NCBI GenBank assembly: GCA_016748015.1
Contig: JAAOMT010000672.1
Location: forward strand, 13,428 to 77,427
Direction: 5' to 3'
From: Geosiphon pyriformis uo1
Lineage: Eukaryota; Fungi; Glomeromycota
DNA: 64,000 nt
In this document: positions 53,701 to 64,000 of the stretch, piece by piece
How positions within the stretch are numbered: the first letter of the stretch is position 1
Layout of the letters: each line of letters opens with the position of its first letter
Made by a program: the position numbers and the translations under genes
Notes under the pieces: generated by a model
The model's database searches: none
What the model was told of the DNA's origin: nothing
Seen by the model: only the letters and a program-made list of their open reading frames with translations

Positions 53701-53900
53701 TATATAATTTTTTTTAATTATAACAAACAACTTTTTATGTATAAACTAATTATTAATTTGTTTATAAATTAAAACCATATAAAAATTAAAATATTAAATT
53801 ATAATAACTAGATTTAATTTATATTTTTAATTATATTTTTATTAATAATATTAATATTAAAGCCAATTTTTTAATATAACAAAATATCTAATATTATTAA
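50710..53900 (-). mobile_element. Near-erased LINE 3' region acting as the target of ORF1-only copy 1
   Basis: Joining the flanks across the TSD reads KKLYNHFYLSILCLYYNKIKV, equivalent to KHFYNKCYLSVLCLYCGEVEV in the younger LINE; outer limits uncertain. Confidence 0.55.
51372..53688 (+). mobile_element. ORF1-only non-autonomous retroelement, copy 1
   Basis: Single ~715-codon ORF1-like frame 51402-53558, LINE-type 3' UTR and A-rich tail, TSD AATAAAAATGA (51361-51371 / 53689-53699). Confidence 0.82.
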
Positions 53901-55099
53901 ATATTGTTATATTATTTGTTTTAATAAATTTTTTTAACTAAAAATAAAAAAATAAAAAAAGTGTATATAATATTATTAAGAAGCTAATATATTTATTTTT
54001 AAAGATTTTATAATGGTTTTTTACTTTGAATTAAATAATATTTAAATTGTTTTTTAATAATATTAATAATATGATATTTTTTTATTTAACAATAATTATA
54101 AAAGTTTGATAATAACAATTTTTTTTTAAAAATACAAATATTTAAAACAGTTTGACTGTTTAAATTTATCAAAACACTATTAAATTGTAAAATATATTTT
54201 AAAATCAAAATAACTGTTTACAATTTAGTTATAATTAATAAAATTAAATTTAAAACTTTAATATTAATATTTATTTCAAATTTGTAAAAAATACAAAAAC
54301 TGTTAACTATTAAAAACAACAATATTTTTTTAAACAGCAAAACATTTTTTTTAACTTTGTATATAAAACAAAAGAAGCTTTAATTAACTTTATTAAAAAA
54401 ATACCAATAAATTTAATAATAAACTTAATAAATAAAACTAATTTAACCAATTTAAAATTTAAAAAAGTTTAATTTAAAATTAATTATAAAATTAAAAATA
54501 AGAATAACAATAAAAACAACAAAAAAAAACCAAAAATTTTAACATAAAACTAAATATTAACAAAATAAATTTTAAAATTTTAAAAAAATAAAAATATTTT
54601 ATAGTTTATAATTAAATAATTTAGGTTTTAATATTTAAAATAACAAAAATTAAAAGTTTTTTATTAAATACAATTTTTTTTTCAAAATATTAGTTTTAAT
54701 AATTATAGTATTTAAATTTTCTTAAAAACTAAAAAAAAATTAATCAACTTGGTTTTAAATATATCATAAAAAACAACAATTTTTTATTAATTAAAAAGTA
54801 AAAAATTTTAATATTATTCTTTATTATTAAAAATAATCAGCAAATAATAATTATTTTAATAGTTTTAAACTTTTTAAAATATATAACATATTATTATTAG
54901 TTAATAAACTTTAAATTAATTTTAAAAACTTTATTAAAAACATTTATAGTATTTTTAATATTATTAACAAAAACTTAAAAAAAATATTACATAAAAACAA
55001 AAATAATAAATATTATAAAAATTTAACAATTTTTAAAACAATAAAAATTAAAAAATTAGTAAATTAAACTTATAATACTTCTAAAAAGTAATAATAAGA

Positions 55100-56790
55100 T
55101 AAGCTGGTTTGACCAGTAGACCCTCTACTGGCATCTGCACTTATTTTATGAAAGCTCTATATTATTGGCTATCTGTTGTTGTATAGAAGCAGCTTTACAA
55201 CAAATACTATTCTGGTGTGACATATTTATATTGTGGTAATATTAAGATGTCAAATCATGTTTTTTCTTGTATGGTCAACAAATCTGCTCATAGCCAGTTG
55301 TTGGATGCTCATGTAGCTTCTTGGAGAGCACTTTTTGGTCTTTTTTGTTTGTCTTCTTGTGTGTTTTAGTTGATGTTATCTTGTGCTTTTAATGTTAATG
55401 TGTGTATAGCCATTTCTAAGAGTTTTGTCTTTGCAGGTTGGCTTCAAAAGGCAGTGTTTATTTTTGGTAATCCCAAAGTAGCACATCTAAAAGTTGTAGA
55501 ATTTGTGTGAACTTTTTGCCTTACTTTTAAGGATAAGATTTGGTTGGTTTGGGCTAAGCATTATGCCTTTATAGAAAAAAATGGGCTAATTCTGCCAGGT
55601 GGTTTGGCTCCTATCTCGATTTTTGGTCTGTCTTTAGGGTTGTCTACTGGTATTGTTAGATTGCTTGGTGTTGCTAAGACATTTGGTATTTGTTTCAGGT
55701 TTTATAAGACTTGTTTGTTTTTTTCAAGAGTTGGTGACCCAGTTTTGGTTCATATAGATGTTTAGTGTTGTTTTAATCAGCTCAAATGGCTGGTCATATA
55801 TAAAAAAAGCATGATTCACATCTAGTTTAGATTATTTATATTGATGTTGTTACAGATGATTCTTTGGGGTGTCGAGTGAATAACAAACCTGTAACTTGGT
55901 GCTCAAAGCAATTGGTGATGATGATAATCTGAAGGTATTTTATCTGAAGGTTTTCCAATTGAGTTCTTTGTATAATGGACAAAGATTCACTAATAACAGT
56001 TTATCAGTAGTTTCCTGAAACTGTAGTTTTGTCAATTGCTTGCTCAGCTTGATGGTTGATGATTCTTCTGGTACAATATTCTTTGTAAGTGTATACCAGT
56101 GCTGTTTCCTGACATTAGTTCCTCCATAAGTCCTCCAAAAGTAAGTATTGTTTAAGCAAGTTTATTCCTCTGTAAGTTTTTTAAGAGTAAATTCTTTAAT
56201 CAAGTTAGTAGACAACAAAGAAAATAAAGAAAAGATAAAAAAGAAAATAAGAAATAAGCCAAGACAATTTGCAAGTTAGTATTCCATCAATAGCCATGAT
56301 CAAGAGCTATTGTTCCAGTATGGTTAAATATCAGTTACTATCAACATGAAGTGTTAATAGTGAAGAATAAATTTGATATAGTGAATAATTATTTATTTGA
56401 AGATTGTGATAACTAAGCTAAGAATTCTTGGTGTTCATTTTTCTTTTCTGCTTCTAATATTACTGCTATATATACATATTTGAGATTCCTCAATTTTTCA
56501 ATTCCTTGTGACAGGAATCCTGGAATTCCTGGAATCTTGCAATTCCTGATAAGAGGAATCCTAAAATTTTGGAATCCTGCGATTCTTCGTCAAAGAATCC
56601 TGAAATTCCTGGAATCCTGCAATTCCTCTGAGAAAAATCCTGGAATTTCACATTTACTATGTCTATTTCTGATTGGCTAATATCTACTTGCTAATAATAA
56701 TATACTTCCTATATTCTATGAGTAACAATGTATTGTGTTAGGTAGTGTTTGGATCTCACTTGTAAAATGTAATAATAATAAAAAATAAGA
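55100..56790 (+). mobile_element. 5'-truncated LINE 3' end with a solo LTR in its 3' UTR
   Basis: TYFMKALYYWL, decayed zinc knuckle, FFSRVGDPVLVHIDV*, 3' UTR and A tail. Confidence 0.85.
55848..56727 (-). repeat. Solo LTR, family B-related subfamily (least decayed)
   Basis: TGTTACAG...GAGTAACA; perfect TSD ATGT/ATGT. Confidence 0.93.
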
Positions 56791-57772
56791 TAATTTTTGT
56801 AATACATAATTCTTATTATAATTTAATTAGTTATTATTAAAACATTTTAAAATAATTTGTATATGTATATATTTTATGTTATTATTTTTATTTTTTGTAA
56901 TAAAAAATAATTTTGTAAAGCATAATTGTAAATTATTAGGAGATTTTAACAACAAAATTTTAAAGTTTAACTAAAATAATTTAAAAAACTAATGTTTTTT
57001 TTGTTTTTATAAACAATATATAAGATAACTTTATAAAAATAGTTAAATTTGAGTAATTTATTGTTTAAATTATCTATAAAAAACTTTACCAAAAATGTAT
57101 TACCAAATTAAAAAAATTGTAAATTAAAAAATTTTTATTACAATAATTAAAATTAAAACACAACTTATAAAAACATATTCTAAAATTAAAATAAGTTAAC
57201 AAACTATTTGTAATAAATTTTTTAGGTTTGATTATATAACTATTTTATTAAAACATATTTTTTTATTTATTAAACAAACTAAATAAAACCAATTAGTATA
57301 GACTTAAAAATATTTTAATTATAATTAATACAAAGTAGTATTTTCAGATAAAACAACTTTATAAATGTTTCAAAATATTTGTTTGACTTGGTTTTATTTA
57401 AATAAATTTATTATACTAATAATAAAACATTTATTTAAACTTTATATATGAAAAGCAATTTGTATATATAAAAAATTAGAATATATATATTTTTTTTATT
57501 AGGTTTTATGAGTACAGTTCAACTACTATCTAAAGAAATAAAATCATACAAAATATTAAATTAAACATAATTTATGCTTTTTCTATACATAATCAATCAT
57601 TTAAACCAATTAAAATAGCATTACATATTTAAATTATTTACCAATGGGACATCTTTCAAAAAACCAAAACTCAATCTAAATAAACAAAAATATAACTTAA
57701 AGCAAACATAGATACTTAATTTAACACCAAAACTACGAATTGATTCAAAGAACTACAATAACAACAAATTAA

Positions 57773-59497
57773 TATTATTTATAGAAATAGAAATAATATT
57801 AGATAAAAAAATAGTCAATCAAAAAGGAATGTAATAAATAGAAAAATTCTAGAATTCCTTTTAAAAAATTGTAAAATTGCAGAATTGCAGAATTTTTTTT
57901 AAAAAAATTGAAAAATTTCAAGAAATCTTATATAACATGAATTATATATATATGGTAAAAGTATTAAAAGCAGAAAAAATATTCAATTCAGTTCAAAATT
58001 TAGAACAACAATACTTTTTCTTTTAAAAAATAATTTTCTATAACTTAAAATGAAATCATATCTATATTGATAAAACATCAAAAACTGAACATAGAAATTA
58101 CAATTAATTAACAAACAATATAATACAATACAAAAATACTGGAAAAAAACCAAAACTCCAATACAAAATACAACATAAAATATATAAAAATTAAAAACAT
58201 AATTAAAAATATGATAGCAAAAGTAAAAAGGTTATTAGAAACACCAAAAACAATAATAATATATAAAAAGTTAACAAAAAAAATTAAAAATAGTGAATAC
58301 AACAATTTTCTGAAAACTTTTGCTATTATTACTTGAGACAAAAGCTTAATATTCAAAATTTGTATACTAATAAAACAAAACAGATATTTGATATGACAAT
58401 ATTACAATAAATAGAACAATTTGTAAAGAAAAAAAATTTATTTACACAAACATAAACAATATATTAGTTACAAACAGAATTTCATAAACATTTAGAAATA
58501 TTATTATACTTAACAATAAATATAGTAATCATTAATCAATTAGAAAAATTACCAATGCTCAATTTAAAAAATTACAAACCAAAATTGCTTAAGTAATTTT
58601 AAAAAAAAAATGATAGAATTAATTTAAGAAAAAGATTTAAAAGATTTAAAAAATCTTGATAAAGCTTAATATTAAAAAAAAAGAATAATATAACTTATAA
58701 AAATAAGAATAATAATAAGTAGAAAAATAACCAATCAGAAAAGAACATAGTAAATAAAGAAATTTTAGGATTTCAAAATTCCAAAATTTTTCTTGAGGAA
58801 TTTCAGAATTTTTTTCAAAGAAATTAAAAAATCTTAAAGAATCTTATATAATATGAATTATATATATAATAAGAGTATTAGAAGCAAAAAAAAGTATTTA
58901 ATTCAGTTTAGAGTTCAAAATAATAATACTTTTTCTTTCAAAAAATGGTTTTTTATAATTTAAAGTAGAATTATATTTATATTAATAAAACATTTATTAT
59001 TTTCTGAATCCATATTATCATTGCTTGATTAAAGAAATATTAATCAATTTCATACTATTAATATTTTATATTGATAGAATTCAATACTTAATTACATTAG
59101 ACTAATAACTTTTGATTATAACTATTAATAAATTATTAATTTTTTATTTAATTTTTTAATTTTTTTTAATTTTTTTTATTGTTTACTAATTGATTAAAAA
59201 AATTAAGCACTAAGTAATTAACATCAAGAATAGTCTAGTAAAAGACTCAGAAACAAGAATAGAAAACTTAAGAATAGCTTATCAGAAAGATATGACTGTT
59301 AAAATAAATTAACTACTATGCTAAAAAAAGAAATTAATAGAAAAAACCATCAATTAAATCTCTGTTTATTATATAAAAGATTTAACCCAAACTTTTTAAA
59401 CTTCAAAATCTTTAGAAATTACTATTATTAACAATTATTAAGCACCAAGTTATGGGTTTGTTATTTGTTTTAATATCTCAAATAATTATTTATAATA
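57773..59497 (+). mobile_element. Internally deleted family B element (partial 5' LTR + ORF3 + 3' LTR ~58690-59497)
   Basis: LTR sequence jumps at ~58075 into ORF3 (matches ~23483); TSD TTAA/CTAA. Confidence 0.78.
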
Positions 59498-59913
59498 CTA
59501 AAGAAACATCAAATTTATTACTTGATAAAAGATTATATGTCTTATAGTAAGATTTCAATCTAGCAATCAGCAGCCAAATAGTATATCTGTGACCTTTAAC
59601 AAAATTATAAACCAATTTAACAACCAACACACTACTATCAAATTCAGCATTTAAATAATATACTATGTTAGCTACTTAATATTTTAATACAAAGTTTTTA
59701 ATCAGCAATGTATACAAATTATCAAACAATTTGATCTTATACAAAAATTAAACAACTATATTTTTTTTAGCAAAAGTATATATATATTTTTATAAAAAAC
59801 ATGAACCAATATTTTTATTATAAAATTCTTAATAAAAATTTATATTATAATATAATTAATATATATAAATAACAATATTAGATTTTTTAACATAATAATA
59901 ATCTAAAACATAT

Positions 59914-62204
59914 ATTTTTTTTTTATTATATTTTAATGAGCGAGACCCAAATACTACTTAAAACTATGATACCATATAAGAGATTATATTATAGGTGTAA
60001 ATCATGCATTTTCTACACATAATCAGACATTCGGCCCAATCAAGGACTTACTCTGAATCAAAAGTAGGTGAGAATAATTCCAACCCACAAATTCTCTCAA
60101 TAATACTATTCAGATTCTTAGAGTCAAAAATAAACTCACTAAGAAACAATCTAGTAGACTCAATATTGCCTCTGGTTTCAGTATCAAACATATGCCACAA
60201 AGCAATAACACGCTTAATAGTGTCCTTACTTAAAAAAAAAGGCTTAGCAGCCAGCATACTATCATAATCCATATCACCAAAGTCAACCTCAGATCTAAGA
60301 CAAGTAATGTCCTTGGAGACCCCAACCAAGAAGTTAAAAAAATTGTTAGCAGCACTCTTCATAGAAATGAGATCTTTCTTGACTTGAACAGCCTTAGCAG
60401 CATTATCATCAAGAAGACGAGACACCAAAGCAACCAAAAAACCAACAGACTCAACAATAGACTTAACTAGAGCAGCCAAATCCGAAATCTGCTTTTCCAA
60501 AGAGTCCAATCTAGAACCAACAGCAGAATCAGCAACAGAAGCAGCCAAAAGAGCCACCAAAGAAGGAAACTCAGAAAGACCAGAAGAAGCAGCAGTCTTG
60601 GCATATGAAGCAGAACCCACAAAATGAGACTTGAAAACCTTGGGAACCTTGGGAGTGGGAGGTGGGGAAATCTTGCAATTCATGGCCAGATGGCCCATTT
60701 CTTGACATCTAAAGCAGCGCCGGCAGCCAGGAGTTTCCCACCAGATACGGCATTTCCTTAGAGTACTAGTCTTGACTACAGTAGAATCCAAATCGCCTTA
60801 AGAGTCAAATGTAACCAAAGCAAACTAGGAATGATGACCAGAATCAGAAGAACGAGGGATGAAACATGTTTGACCACCAATCTGAGAAATCATATCACTG
60901 ATTTCAAAGGCAGTACACCAGGGGGAAGGTTGACCAATTTGGTCTTAAACTTATCACAAGACAAAATAGTCTCATTTTGATTCACCAGAAAGAGGATTCT
61001 AATACTATCCTTGCCCATCAAGACTGACCAATGCTTCAAGGCAGACACAACAAAGTCCAACTTTTCAAAATAAACCACCACGTACTGCCAAATGCCAGCA
61101 GGCTTCAGCACAACACAAATGACACTACCAAACACACTGAAAGTCAACTTAACGTCAGCAGCAGGCACACCCAAAGGCACATTATGCAGCGCAACAGCAG
61201 CAGAAAAGGAACCAGATTTAGAAACCACCAAAGACTTGGCAATTTTGAGAGTGGCCAAACAAATAGAGCTTGTAAGCTCAACCAGAAATGCAGCTTCCAA
61301 AGATTGTTGAGAAGCAAACTCCATACAGAAAAGCTTTATATTGTCTTTTGAAACAGATTTAGCACCCAAAAAACCATGCACAGACTGAAAAACAGCCTTA
61401 ACATGAGCCAATTTGATCCTAAAAGTAGCATCAGACACCAGAGTAGAGACTACCCACCCAGTAAACCTTTGACGACTAGTAATAGTTTCCCAAGCACCAC
61501 CAGAAGTAGCACCAGAAATTAAAGAAGGAGATGAATCAGTTTCCATTTAATCAGCCCAGTTTCCAAGAACAGGTGACCCAACAGAAAAAAATTGTTTTGC
61601 TTCTAAAACTGGCAATAATCTGCCGGAAGACACCACATTTGGCAACACAGCCAGTGGTTGATTTTGGCCCATCTTAGATAATGTGCCGGATGATGCTATA
61701 GAGATCTCATCTAAGATCTCATTAGGAACCACAAAGGGGTTCGGTGTAACAATAGCAGAGGCAAGTGACTGCCCCCACTTTTCTGAACTTCTGGTCTTTT
61801 TGACCATTTTTTTTGAAAAGGTGGTGCTAAAAGCACCAGGTGTTGAATCTATAGAGAGAAAGACCAGCTTATTCACTAGTCTATTATTAAAAACTTTTGA
61901 GTTCTTGGTTGGAGTGAAGGCAACACTGGGACTAACCCAGGTGTGTCTCTTTGAGGGGACTTTGACTGGTAAGAAACCAGCCAAAGATGAGGAAGTTGCT
62001 TCAGTGGCTACCAAAGGCAGCTTATCATAATTACTGGGTAGGGGGAAGGCTTCTAAAACGTTTTGCCTAGTTGCTTCTACAACAAAGAAAGCTCCTCTGG
62101 TTGAAATTTTATTAGATATTTCAGGACAGATATCAGGTGCAGCTCTTTTACTCTTTGCTCTGGTCGTGGTTATAAAATTAAGGAGACAAAAAGTAGATTT
62201 TTTT
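59914..62204 (-). mobile_element. ORF1-only non-autonomous retroelement, copy 2
   Basis: ORF1-like frame ~62170-60048 with intact CFRCQEMGHLAMNC; LINE-type 3' UTR and poly(A); TSD TAAAACATAT (59904-59913 / 62205-62214). Confidence 0.84.
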
Positions 62205-62719
62205 TAAAACATATTTTAAAAAATATTTATACAGATCTTAAGATATAATTGTAAATTATGTTTTGTTTTGTTTGAATTATTATATAATCCAAATTACAAT
62301 TTAATTAAAAATATTTGAGCTATTCTTAAATAAAATATTTAAAAAAAACATATTAAATATTAATTTTTTACATATATATTTTTTACATATATATTTATTA
62401 AATATTAAAATTTAAACAGAAATTATTAAATATAAAAAAAATAAAAATTAAAAATTTTTTGTTATTACTTTTTAAAAAACTATAGATAATAATTTTGATC
62501 TTAAAAAATATATTAAATATTTAAACAAAAACTATTTATTCAAAATTTTTTTGACAATAATTATTTTTTAAATATTATTAAAAATAATATTATTAAAAAA
62601 CAAATAAAAAGTAATTTAAATTTCTAATTAATTAAAAATATATATAAATATTTATTAAATTAGATAAAAACTTCTTTATCTTTTATGTTAAAAATTCTTT
62701 AAAGAGCATTTTTTTTGGA

Positions 62720-63754
62720 AAAAAAGTTTTTTGTCTTTGTTTTTCTAATTATATTACTTTTAATATTTCTTAAGCTAATAATTTTTTTGTAATAAACTTG
62801 AAAGCAGTTTCAAGTAACAATATATTTAAAAAAAAAGCATCTAAAGAAGCTTTTTATAATTCTGTTAAAGGTATTTTCTCTTAAAAAAAGAAAGTTTTTG
62901 TGAGTAATATTAAATACTTTAATGATAAAAAAATTTCTTTGATCAAACTTGGTCCTAATAATAATATATATTTGAATATAAATAGTGAATCCAGTAACAG
63001 TAAAATTAGTAATATGTTATTGGATACTAGTAATAGTTTTCTTCTTGATTTAACTGTAACAACTTCTAAAGCTAAAAAAATTAATACCAGTTTGAATTAT
63101 AGTTCTTTTATTAGTGTAATTAACTATAGAATAGATAAGAATAAAAGACCTTTCTTTTTTTTTATTAATATTTCTTTTGACAAAAAATGAATTAACTCTA
63201 AAATTGTGAAAACTCAGATTAAAATGATCATTAAAAAAATTTTTATATTGGATATTAGTTTCTTAGCAATAAAAAACAAATTAGCAATTATAAAAACTCA
63301 GATAATCAAAATTTTTTTTCAATAATTAATGGTTTTGAGAAGGTCACTACTCTTTCAAAATTTGAAAAAATTATTAAATTAATGTTTATATCAAAAAACA
63401 TAAAAAAGGCTATATTATTGGCCAGAAAAAAAAAATTATTGTAAACATTAATCTTAAAAAACAAGAATTTTGTTTAAATTGGGTTGTAATAATCAAAAAA
63501 ATTTTATAAATACACCAAAAAAAATAATTATTGCCACAGTATCTGAGTTTGATTAAATTGTGTTAATTCAATTATAACTAATTAGGCTATAGCAAAAAAC
63601 TATAGTAAAATTCACTAAATTGAGTTAAGCAAATAAATTGACAGTTAAATAGTTATTTTTTATCAGAAAAAATTCAATGTGAGTGGTTAAGATTGTAAAA
63701 AACTTTAATATATAAATGTTTAGAAATTAGTATAAAGCTTTTTTGTTTATATTT
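62720..63754 (+). mobile_element. Decayed LINE 5' end / ORF1
   Basis: Residual FILDISFLAIKNK, INGF, VNINLKKQ, VVIIKKI, QKTIVKF, colinear with ORF1 at 48717-50549. Confidence 0.65.
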
Positions 63755-64000
63755 TGTTACTTATAGAAAAAAAATACAAGAAAAAATTAAGAAAATCAAA
63801 TAATAAAAATAAACTAATAAAAAAATAGTATTTAGCAAATAAGCATATTGTCAAAAAATTATAACACATTGTTAAAAAATTATGGCATATTGTTCAAAAA
63901 TATGTAAGATCTTATATAACAAAAATTATGTATATATAGTAAGAGTATTAAAAGCAGAAAAGACAAAACAGTAGCTAAAAATCAGTAATTATCCAATATT
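63755..64000 (+). repeat. Start of another B-related LTR (runs off the right edge)
   Basis: TGTTACTTATAG start; TATATAGTAAGAGTATTAAAAGCAGAAA shared with B LTRs. Confidence 0.7.

Noticed and set aside
53900-55090. AT-only tracts (also 33300-34110, 56800-57600, 62215-62700) as centromere, origin or organellar DNA
   Set aside because: No defined repeat unit or organellar gene; neighbouring tracts retain TE traces, so terminal TE decay is simpler

Overview
Eukaryotic, very AT-rich, repeat-dominated window. It is most consistent with an early-diverging fungus (Glomeromycotina-like; this is an inference from gene and TE style). A compact island of four host genes sits at 25.7-32.4 kb: a YMC-like mitochondrial carrier, a TATDN3-like DNase, Mim1 and mitochondrial uL1. 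The rest is nested, decayed retroelements. (i) Two related Ty3/Gypsy families (A and B, plus a solo LTR of a third family C) with TGTTA...TAACA ends, 4-bp TSDs and an unusual layout: gag-protease-Cys-rich domain-dUTPase-RT-RNaseH-integrase plus an extra 3' ORF. (ii) APE-RT-RNaseH LINEs, including one full-length copy with a TSD. (iii) Two ORF1-only retroelements with their own TSDs and A-rich tails that share a 3' stem-loop with the LINE, i.e. a HAL1-like non-autonomous partner. All repeats show strong C>T/G>A hypermutation in all dinucleotide contexts. Coordinates were read by eye, and domain boundaries are approximate.
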